Below, in pieces: positions 12,501 through 23,200 of a stretch of 64,000 nucleotides of DNA (position 1 is its first letter; every line of letters starts with the position of its first letter). Below the pieces are notes generated by a model. It did no database searches and was not told the origin of the DNA. It saw only the letters and a list, made by a program, of their open reading frames with translations. Both the position numbers and the translations under genes were made by a program. The stretch is from Tubulanus polymorphus (lineage: Eukaryota; Animalia; Nemertea): the NCBI RefSeq assembly GCF_964204645.1, contig NC_134036.1, forward strand, positions 1,302,001-1,366,000, written 5' to 3'.

Positions 12501-13442
12501 ATGAATTCAACGCGGGATTATCAAATTAGGCAAGTGAATTACCTGACGTTGGTGAATAAGTCTGCGAGCTACCGAACGTTTTCGATCGTGTTTCTGACGC
12601 TGTTGTTCATATTGGGAACTTTCGGAAACGCGGCTACGTTCCTCATAATGATAAGTCGTAGATTCCGCGGTTTATCGTACGCTAACTATCTGATCGTTTT
12701 GTCGCTTAGTGATTTCCTGTTTTGTTTTAACCTAACGGCCCTGCCTGTTGCGCGGATCGCGCTTTGGCGTCTAGGCAACGGCAGGGTTTTGACAAATTCG
12801 CTGATCGGTTGTAAAATTTACGCATATTTCAGTAGTTTCGTAGTCTGCAACAGTTCGTGGTTTATAGTAACGATAACTCTAGAACGTTTGGCAGTTGTGC
12901 TCTTCCCGATTACAGCTCGTTTGATATGTACACCGAGATTTGCGCGATGCGTTATCGTCTGCATTCTAGCCGTCAACGGGATTTTATCGTACTTTTCCCC
13001 TTTGATGAATTCGTCTTTCGCAGACGATATCGGCTGTTACTATATAATCACCTCCCGACACGCTACCCTCTTTATTGTGTTATTGATTTACTTGTACATC
13101 ATACCGTTGATTATGATTATAACGTCAAATGCTGTCATTATTGTACGGTTGCTATTCACAAAATCTGTGATAACTTTGTCCGATTGTCAGAAAACTGCGA
13201 AATCAAAACGTACAACAATAATGCTCGTTACCGTTTCGTTAGCGTTCGCGACGTTTACGCTTCCCGATTCGATTATTGCGTTTATTCCGTGGATACCTTT
13301 AAAATTCAAAAACTTTCTATTTGATTTGTTCAGCAATTTCCAAATTTGTAATTACGCGATAAATTTTTACATATATATTTTTCTGGGACGAGAAATTCGC
13401 GAATATTTCTGCGCTAAAATTTGTTGCGTGGGCAAAAACTAA
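12501..13442 (+). CDS. Intronless class A (rhodopsin-like) GPCR, orphan peptide or chemosensory type
   Basis: 313 aa with seven hydrophobic segments. TM1 GN, TM2 LSLSD, Cys at the top of TM3 (GCKIY), ERL in place of DRY, TM6 FTLP, TM7 NYAINFYIY, and a C-terminal Cys cluster. Confidence 0.93.
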   Translation: MNSTRDYQIRQVNYLTLVNKSASYRTFSIVFLTLLFILGTFGNAATFLIMISRRFRGLSYANYLIVLSLSDFLFCFNLTALPVARIALWRLGNGRVLTNSLIGCKIYAYFSSFVVCNSSWFIVTITLERLAVVLFPITARLICTPRFARCVIVCILAVNGILSYFSPLMNSSFADDIGCYYIITSRHATLFIVLLIYLYIIPLIMIITSNAVIIVRLLFTKSVITLSDCQKTAKSKRTTIMLVTVSLAFATFTLPDSIIAFIPWIPLKFKNFLFDLFSNFQICNYAINFYIYIFLGREIREYFCAKICCVGKN

Positions 13443-15091
13443 AAAGTTAGGATCGCAATCAGGCGCCGGGCCGTTTTGAGAACTGATTCAGACGCCAATT
13501 TTGATAAGAACCTCACATCCCAAAAGGGCACTTTGATGTGGCCAAAAAGGTAATAAGTATTCTCCCGCACTATAGGCACCAATTTTTCAAAAGACAAAAT
13601 AAAAAAGGGAACACTCAAACATTTAGATGGTTTTGTAAACAAGTCTCACACGTTTCATTGGATCCACCTCTGAGGTTTAGGGGGTTATCAAAATTGGGAC
13701 ACAAAATTGGGTCAACAAAATAATGCTCATTTGGCTATAAAACTATATATCAAGACACAAACCAAACACTGAAAAAACTAGTACAAAATTTACATCGACT
13801 GCGTTCAAACCGGATTTCATTCATGTTTAACTAGAATACGGACCTCGTTAAAGTCTGTTCCGTCTCTTCTGTTATAAGTCTTATCGCGTTTATCTGTCCA
13901 ACAAGAGTATGGGCGCCATTTAAAAAAAAATTGCCCTGCACTTAGACTTTATGTTTTGTCTGATATCGATTCGATTCATTGTATATACTCCAGAATTCTG
14001 ATTAAGAAATGGTCACAAATATTTGAATTCTGGCCTTTTTTGAATAAGTTTATATATCGATGCATTATCCGCCTGTATTGTTGTATCATTTTGATCGTTT
14101 GAATGAATATATTATCGATCGGTTATTGTTAGGCGTTTCTAATAAAATCTAGTGCAAGATGGCGTCATGTACCGAAATCGACGACCCCATATATATTGTT
14201 ACGTGTCTACGCAAAACTAGGGCAGGGTGGCTTCATTATATGAGTTTATATCAGTCGGCCAGGATGTGGTATGGACAGTGTCATTCTGTCTGTCTGTATG
14301 TCTGTCTGTCTGTCGTTTTACGACGAATGTTTCGACAGTTGGAGACTGTCATTGCTGACATTGTTAGACTGTCATTGTCGGATTATAGGCAGAAAAAGGA
14401 GACATTTATTTTTTGATTTGGAGAATGAAAATAATGGATACAATTCACTCAGTATTCTCAACGCGGAAGTTTTCAAGAGACGTGGTTAGTGACGCCAGCA
14501 TCCGTTAGATGTCGGCTCGGTAATAGCATCCGACAAAATTCAAGTAAAGTAAACTTAAAGAAGGTAAGAACAGTCTATAAGAGATGATAGAAGTGTTTAT
14601 TTCCGATATTGGAAAAATTATTTCCAATACATATCAGAATTTGGAGGCTTGAAGCTCTCTTAGATGAATTGAGGGGTTTTCCAATGTTGGTTAGATAAGA
14701 TAAAGATATGAACTATTTCTTGGGCATCTATGAATGAACTATTGCTCTTCTCTTAATTTCGTTAGATATTCCATCGACGAATACTCACCTTATCTGAAAA
14801 AATATTAGAAGTAATAGTTATTTCATTGGTAAAATCGACTTCTACGGCTGTTTCTTGACATCGTAAAAAACTGTAACAATAATGTTTATCTATCTTAGGG
14901 GTTGACAAAGGAGGGGGAGGTGTCAACTTATCAATTTGTGGCCTTTTTCTTAGCTCCCCAAACACGATTGGTTTTTAGATCTTTCGTAAATTTTACATCC
15001 GTTTTAAAACAGTCAATTGGCAAAAACAAAGGTTTGATATTTTCAGATTATTAACCTTAACTGTGATCTGTTTTCAGAAAATATTCAGTCG

Positions 15092-16727
15092 TGAATATAT
15101 TTGAGCTTGAAATTTATAAGGAACCGCAAAATTTCATGGGACCCCTATATGATAAACATACTTAACGTTTATTTGTAATAAAAGATTTTTACATGGCAAT
15201 GTAAATACGTTATTCAATGGATTATGTTTTGAGTATTTGCTGTCTCACCATCTATCTGCTTTCAAGAGGCCATTTCAATCTGGAATGAGCATAATCTAAA
15301 ACCTCAGGAGAATATTTCCTAAAAACGCTAGCTTGTGGTGATCAGGAAGAAATTGAGCTGGAAAGCTAAAAAAATAAGAATTTTGGGACTTGTTTCTTGG
15401 CTTCCCGGATTTTTCTTTTTCGCCAAGAGCAAAGAATTGCTTGAAATTTGTGTCATGCTTCGCAGAGTCCCCAGAGTTTTCTGGTCATTTGAATATATTT
15501 GAGCTTGAAATTTATAAGTGACCTCAAAATTTCATAGGACCCCCATATGATAAACATACTTAACGTTTATTTGTAATAAAAGATTTTTACATGGCAATGT
15601 CAATAAGTTATTCAATGGATTATGATTGATTATGTTTCGACTGAGCATTTGCTGCCTCGCCATCTATTATCTCAGCATCTGCTTTCAAGAGGCCGTTTCA
15701 ATCTGGAATGAGCATAATCTAAAACCTTAGGAGAATATTTCCAAAAAACGCAAGCTTGAGGTGATCAGGAAGAAATTGAGCTGGTAAGCTAAAAAGAAGA
15801 ATTTTGGGACTTGTTTCTTGGCTTCCCGGAATTTTCTTTTTTGCCAAGAGCAAAGAATTGCTTGAAATTTGTGTCATGCTTCGCAGAGTCCCCAGAGTTT
15901 TCTGGTCATTTGAATATATTTCAGCTTGAAATTAATAAGGGACATCAAGATTTCATGGGACTCCTACATAATAAACATACTTAACGTTTATTTGTAATAA
16001 AAGATTTTTACATGGCAATGTCAATACGTTATTCAATGGATTATGTTTGTCATCTTCTGATGAGTATTTGCTGTCTCAGCATCTATCTGCTTTCAAGAGG
16101 CCGTTTCAATCTGGAATGAGCATAATCTAAAACCTTAGGAGAATATTTCCAAAAAACGCAAGCTTGAGGTGATCAGGAAGAAATTGAGCTGGTAAGCTAA
16201 AAATAAGAATTTTGGGACTTGTTTCTTGGCTTCCCGGATTTTTCTTTTTCGCCAAGAGCAAAGAATTGCTTGAAATTTGTGTCATGCTTCGCAGAGTCCC
16301 CAGAGTTTTCTGGTCATTTGAATATATTTGAGCTTGAAATTTATAAGGGACATCAAGATTTCATGGGACCCCTATATGATAAGCATACTTAACGTTTATT
16401 TGTAATAAAAGATTTTTGCATGGCAATGTCAATACGTTATTCAATGGATTATGTTTGTCATCTTCTGATGAGTTTTGCTGTCTCGGCATCTATCTGCTTT
16501 CAAGAGGCCGTTTCAATCTGGAATGAGCATAATCTAAAGCCTTAGGAGAATATTTCCAGAAAAACGCTAGCTTGTGGTGATCAGGAAGAAATTGAGCTGG
16601 AAAGCTAAAAATAAGAATTTTGGGACTTGTTTCTTGGCTTCCCGGATTTTTCTTTTTCGCCAAGAGCAAAGAATTGCTTGAACTTTGTGTCATGCTTCGC
16701 AGAGCCCCCAGAGTTTTCTGGTCATTT
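15092..16727. repeat. Tandem repeat, four copies of a ~400-420 bp unit
   Basis: Units begin TGAATATATTT(G/C)AGCTTGAAATT at ~15092, 15490, 15911 and 16319, and end GAGTTTTCTGGTCATTT. Copies are highly similar. Confidence 0.95.
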
Positions 16728-17174
16728 TAAAAACCAAGCTAACAGCTTAAGCTTAAGTAAAAACTATCAAAACGAATACGTGTATGATTGCACGTTCTTC
16801 CAGATACACGAAAGGCAAACCAATTTGCCTGTGGCAAATTATTATTTACACGTCTTTTGTAGTATGTATCTGTTTATCTTAATTACTATTTCGTGTGATA
16901 CGGGGAATAATCTATGGCTTGTCTCATTTGACACGAAAGGGGTGTCCTGTCTATCGTGCTAAGGATTTAAGTGGAGTTAATCCGTTAACATTAGGAATTG
17001 AAACTGTGTATTTTTTCGTTTTGACAATTTGTTCTTTTTGCTTTTCAAAGATTTGTTTTTCTTTTTTCATTCATAAAACCTACAGATCACTATGACCCTT
17101 GATGTTCTGTTTTGGCCTTCTTCCTACCTCCCTTAGATCAAAATAAACTAGCAACTCGGAACTTTGAGAGTTTA

Positions 17175-17202
17175 AACTTCCTTGATTTATTCGAAGGAAG
17201 TT
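17175..17202. promoter_or_regulatory. Inverted pair of ETS-type sites upstream of the ATG, conserved in all four RPTP-like paralogues
   Basis: AACTTCCTT-N10-AAGGAAGTT. Equivalent pairs at ~30072-30113, 43128-43170 and 50879-50920 have different spacers. Confidence 0.5.
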
Positions 17203-17248
17203 CATCACATGAATAGTGATATCATCACACGCCCTTTAAACGAGCAAA

Positions 17249-20200
17249 ATGTACCATGAAAGAAACATCTTTCGTTTTTTGCTCTTGTTCATTCTATGTT
17301 TATTCATCAGAAACACATCGGGTGAGTTTAATCAAAATCCACTGGTTCCAGAGTTGTTAAAATGTAGAAATTATTAATCTGCTATGATGACAAACCCTAA
17401 AGGCAAGCCCAGAAAGGTGCCATCAGGATCTAAGCCAATCGTTGTTGCGGGTGGAAAGCTCAGAGAAGAACTACAGAAAGAAACTATGTCACTGTCACGA
17501 TTCAAACTATCAATTGTCGGGGTTGGAGAGCTCGGAGAAGAACAATATTTGGATGTTTCAAATAATCTTGTTTTTTATTTTGTCATTTCAGCAAAATGTT
17601 TTGGGAAGAGTTGTATTGGTTGGGAGTGTCATTGCAGTACGCCCCAAAATAAATGTCCAATAAGGGACCCAGAAAGCGCTTTAACATGTCAAACTCCTGG
17701 TACCTGTGAGTCTGCATTTTGGACTGGACCAGCTTGTCAAATCGGTAAGTTTCCTGTATTAACTGTTTCTGCTCCAGTAAAACGAGGTCAAATATCACTG
17801 AACCTCGGATTTATCTCAGATTAACGGATTAACTCAATATTTCGTGCGAAACGGCTCTCATTGAAATGCCCATATAAGGGAAAACGGAAATAGATCCAGG
17901 AATTGCCGTGACTAAAGGTGACACTAATCCGTATACGGATTAACGTCACTAATCCATAAGCGGGAAAAAATCTATTAGTAAAAATATCATAGATTTATGA
18001 AATATCTGGGAACTGTCGACGAACTGAGATCAACTCTAATTATTTCATCGAGTAAAGAAAAAAAAATGTTAGTTTTGTTTAATTCTAGTTGAAATTGTGA
18101 AATAACTTTGAATCAATTTGTGTTTGTTCGTTTTGAAAATTCGTGAAATAATTTAAATCTTCTATTCACAAAATGTGTTTTGTAGGAAACGTGGCTCGTG
18201 GTAAAACAGTTACAATGTCATCCACTCACTCACCCGCTATTAAATGTACAGATGGTCAGACGGTAACAAGTGGTGGTCGTGAAATATGTCACACTAATTT
18301 GGATCAAGACGCCTGGATTAGAATTGATCTCGGAACTCAATACGTGGTACATGAAGTTACACTTTGGGATAGAACAGACGCGACGAGCTGCGACCAGCCG
18401 TGGAGTGAGTACATATTATCATTTTTGATATCATTTATTATTTAGAAACCCTACAGACACCACTGAGGTCACATTTATACTCAACTTTATCAAAAGTAAA
18501 TCAACCAAGGAATATAACTTTGAACTCGAAAAGATTTTTTGAGAATATAGTTTAATCAACCGATTTTCAGACTGTAAATTTGGAATTTACTTTTTCAGTC
18601 GAAAACAATTGGTTTTTACATCTGATGCAATCACGAAATTCTTCCTTGAACTTTCCTCTATTTTATGCTCGATTTCTTTATTTCAAAAATGTACGTATAA
18701 TTCATTTTGAAGGTTCTCTATTTTTTTCTTTTCTCAGAAAAACGCGCGCGCAACCTGGAGATTCGAGTCGGAAATAACCCGAGTATTTTTACATCTAACC
18801 AGAAATGTGCTTACCATGGCCCCGCTCTCTGCGGAACACATAAAACATTAGCATGCAGCCCAGGTCCTATAGTTGGTCGATACGTCACCGTTCAACACAA
18901 GAACATTAGTAAGGCAGAGTATCTCAACCTGGCAGAAATAGAAGTTATCGGGTTCAAATATATCGGTTAGTTTTGCGATTGGAACTGAGAGAGTATGAAC
19001 AAGATTATCAATTTAGAAAGGAATATTCAGTGAATTTTTAATGAGAATTTACCTAACAAATTTGAACGAATAAGTTGTATTTTTGAAATAAGAACTCCTT
19101 TTTACGTGTCACGTGTAACCGTTATTTCTGTTCAACGAATATTAGTTTTTTGTATCACCATTAGATTTCTGTTTTAAATTTCTGTTTAGCACCCGGTGAT
19201 TGTAGTAAGGGATCGAACTCATTTGGATGTATGATTGAATGTAGATGTAACAACAATAGTGAAAGTTGTGACTATTTGAGTGGTATCTGTCAATCTGGCT
19301 GTTCACAGAATTACATCGGAAAGTGGTGCGAGTCAGGTATATTACACTGAATCATAGATTCCTGGGAATCTCACTCCTTATTCCCTGAATATATTAACCA
19401 ATATGAATCGGAAAAGATACCAATTGAAAATGACCGAAAGTAAAGGATCCTTACCCTTCATTTTATTTGATTTACCTGCAATCAACATCGATTTATTTTT
19501 TAGAATTGAAGTTGTTTTCGAATTTGACAAAATCTGCGCTGACAGATAACAGTGTTAATGTCAGTTGGACAGCTTACTCGGGTTCTGTAGTAGATTCAGG
19601 ACGTGGTACTGTCAGCGTTCAGTATCAAGTCGTTTATCGTAAGATATCAGAAAACACTTGGACTAATCAGGAATCTGCAGGAGTCCTTACACATCACACA
19701 ATTACTGGTTTAACTCCTAATACCGAGTATAAGATAGCTGTTAGTCTACAGAAATTAGTTAACAGTCAACTTATATCAACTGCGAGTCAAACTAGTCCAA
19801 TACTAAATATACAGACTTTGTGTGCAGGTAAAAACCCTTCATTCTTATAAACTCTTAAATCACCAATTCAAACACAGAATTGTGTTAAACATGTTTGTTT
19901 TACTGTAGTTCTATTAAACAGTGCTAAAGATGTTCGTGTGGTGCTGCCGTCACCAAGAAGATGTCGATTCGTATTTTATAAGTAATTTGTCTGTCGTGTC
20001 ATTTCAGTACCAGGACCTCCCGCTTCTCTTGACTTCTCATTCACAAAAGATACATTGAAAACTACATTGACATGGACCGCACCAAACAGTCCAAATTGTG
20101 ACTTCATCAATTATCGGGTAGGAATTAACTGGTCCTGATCGGTAGAGGGCACCACCTGCGCTATACTGTAACGTGTCCCTATCTGTTTTCAGCTCACGTG

Positions 20201-23200
20201 TGAACCCATCAGTACAACTTCCACAACACCTTTAACAGACATAAAAACAATCAACAAACCTAAAATCAAAGGCTCCATCACAACTTTAGACATAACGACG
20301 TCACTGATACCTTTTACTCAATACAACTGTTCAATTTTTGCTTTGAATAGTATAGGCGGAGGCTCGCCTGCCAGTGTTAGCTTTTGGACAGGTTTGTAAT
20401 TTGAACACAACGACCTCAAGTTTCCACTGATGTCACTTGTCAAAATTGTCACTTACTGATATTTCAGGTGAAATAACAATTCCCCTACTGGTTGTCAAGA
20501 AAGCAGCGGTAACAGACACGACTGTTACACTTCAAATAACGCGTGTTAACACTGGTAACATCACGTAAGTGTCCTCTTATTTTCATCTATAAATACCGCA
20601 TGATCTTATAAAACAATTTTTATCTGATTTGCAGCGGTTACGAGGTGATCGTGAAGAAACACAATGGACCAATCAGCCGTCGCCGTAAGCTTACAGTCAA
20701 CCAATCACAGTACGTCTCGTACGAAGAAGCTAAACAGCGAGGATTATCAGTTTATATTACTGCAGTTCTACCACCGGAAGTGCCCTCTGAGTTTATAGTT
20801 GGTGATACGCGTAACTATAGTGGTTACTTTAATGCTCCTCTAGAAACTGGGAAATCCTACAGTTTTATTTTAGGAATCATTGAGAATTATAACGGAGTGA
20901 GTTCATCTTGTCTATCAATACAAATTGTAGTTTACAATTTAAAAGCCTCAAGCCTTCTCTTCTCATTGTCTAGCAAACGTTTTGGCATTATCCCCCAATA
21001 GAACAGCAAGAGCGAATCATTGTTAAAGCACCGTGGAGTATTGCATGGATGATAATAGGTGGCGTTGGAGCAGCTCTTCTCACACTCTTATTGATGGCTG
21101 TTGTGCAAGTAATAGTAAGGAGGTACGAGTGAATAGTGGTGACCTCTATAATATTTCATCAGTTGACGATCGCCCCCTATTCACCAAACCCCCTCATTCA
21201 GTTACCCAACACTAATGGACACCTAAACTTTTTCAAATTTTGCAGACGCGGTGGGTGCAAAACTCGACAAACGTCGAACAATGCAGATGTATCCATGGAG
21301 AATATTCCACCTTCCAATGAAAGTATTGGTAAAGCTTTGGAAAGACTGAAGAGTGTCCCGGGGGAAGAAAATGCGAATCAGGAACATACAGCTCATGTAA
21401 ATTCTTCAAGAGCCGTAGAGGAAACTTACTTGAATCGTTCTCAATCATCAACAGAAGGAAATACAACTCATGCAAATTCTTCAAGGGAAGTAGAGGAAAC
21501 TTACTTGAATCGTTCTCAATCATCAACAGAAGGAAATACAACTCACGCAAATTCTTCAAGAGAAGTGGAGGGAACTTACTTGAATCGTTCTCAATCATCA
21601 ACAGAAGGAAATACAACTCACGCAAATTCTTCAAGAGAAGTGGAGGCAACTTACTTGAATCGTTCTCAATCATCAACAGAGGGAAATACAACTCACGCAA
21701 ATTCTTCAAGGGAGTTAGAGGCAACTTACGTGAATTGTTCTAAATCATCAAGAGCAGGAAATACAACTCACGCAAATTTTTCAAGGGAAGTAGAGGGAAC
21801 TTACTTGAATGGTTCTCAATCATCAACAGAAGGAAATACAACTCACGCAAATTCTTCAAGAGAAGTGGAGGCAACTTACTTGAATCGTTCTCAATCATCA
21901 ACAGAAGGAAATACAACTCACGCAAATTCTTCAAGAGAAGTAGAGGCAACTTACGTGAATTGTTCTAAATCATCAAGAGCAGGAAATACAACTCACGCAA
22001 ATTCTTCAAGGGAAGTAGAGGGAACTTACTTGAATGGTTCTCAATCATCAAAAGAGGGAAATACAACCCATGCAAATTCTTCAAGAGAAGTAGAGGCAAC
22101 TTACTTGAATCGTTCTAAATCATCAAGAGCAGGAAATACAGCTCATACAAATTTTTCAAGGGAAGTAAAAGTAACTTATTTTAATCGTTCTAAATCATCA
22201 AAAGAAGCAAAAACAGCTCATACAAATTCTTCAAGGGAAGTAAAGGCAACTTACTTGAATCGTTCTAAATCATCAAGAGCAGGAAATACAACTCATGCAA
22301 ATTCTTCAAGGGAAGTAAAGGCAACTTACTTGAATCGTTCTAAATCATCACGAGAAGGAAATACAATTTATGCAAATTCTTCAAGAGACGTGGAGGCAAC
22401 TTACGTGAATTGTTCTAAATCATCAAGAGAGGGAAATACAGTTTATGCAAATTCTGCATTATCAAGAGGTTTGTCTGGTGAATCTTGTAGATTTTGAGAA
22501 GTTGAAACCTAATTTGTTTTATGATTTTTCTCCATTCCATATAGAAAGCTCCGGGTATATCAATATCTATGAAGATGGAAATGCAGTAGATGAATCGCAA
22601 GATGATGAGGATCATCACTTCGCTTCTAAAGGTGCTACTATGATTTGTGACCTGTTGGGAGACACTTTGATTAAGACCTCTGATAATTGGAAGAATATGA
22701 ATAAAGAATTTCAGGTAGAATCGCCGTGAGGTTGGGACTGCGCGTTGGTAAGACATGTGTTTATGTTCTGGATCTATTTTGTCTTTAGGGTGTTCTCAAG
22801 TTGAGACGTGGATTGAGCGAGTGCGCTGGGAAAGTGGAAAATGTTGAGAAAAACAGCTTTCCAAACATGTTGGCCTGTAGGTATTGCCAGCTCATGACGT
22901 TGACATCAGTTTTGTTATTTAAATGAACTGCATTGTGATATAACTGTATTACTTTATGTCATTCCACTGAGTTAATGTTGTGTTGTCTTTCTAGATGATT
23001 CGACTAGAGTTGTTCTGGAACAAACCGGTGAAGAACCAACATCAGATTACATCAATGCCAACTATATTTGGGTGATAAATCAATCCCTCTCTGCTCTTGA
23101 AAATGTTGCCACGTCCTCCTATTGTATATAAACAGAAATTCTTGTTTTCTTTTTCAGGGACTAACTGGTCATGTGATATGCATTGCTTGCCAGGGTAAGT

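Noticed and set aside
12857-13324. 155-aa alternative-frame ORF inside the GPCR
   Set aside because: Non-ATG start, no recognisable domain, and it overlaps a clear GPCR frame.
17925-17942. 18-bp perfect palindrome TAATCCGTATACGGATTA in intron 2 (also ~30788 and ~34363)
   Set aside because: Probably the remnant of an old palindromic MITE copied along with the gene. It is absent in gene D, and no function can be supported.
21233-21949. Minus-strand repetitive ORFs ([10 protein letters not shown]...)
   Set aside because: Antisense shadows of the coding minisatellite.
21380-22455. 75-bp repeat as a CRISPR array or as a mucin-like glycosylated stalk (many NxS sequons)
   Set aside because: There are no unique spacers and the context is eukaryotic. 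The exon follows the TM exon in frame, so it is cytoplasmic and the sequons are irrelevant.
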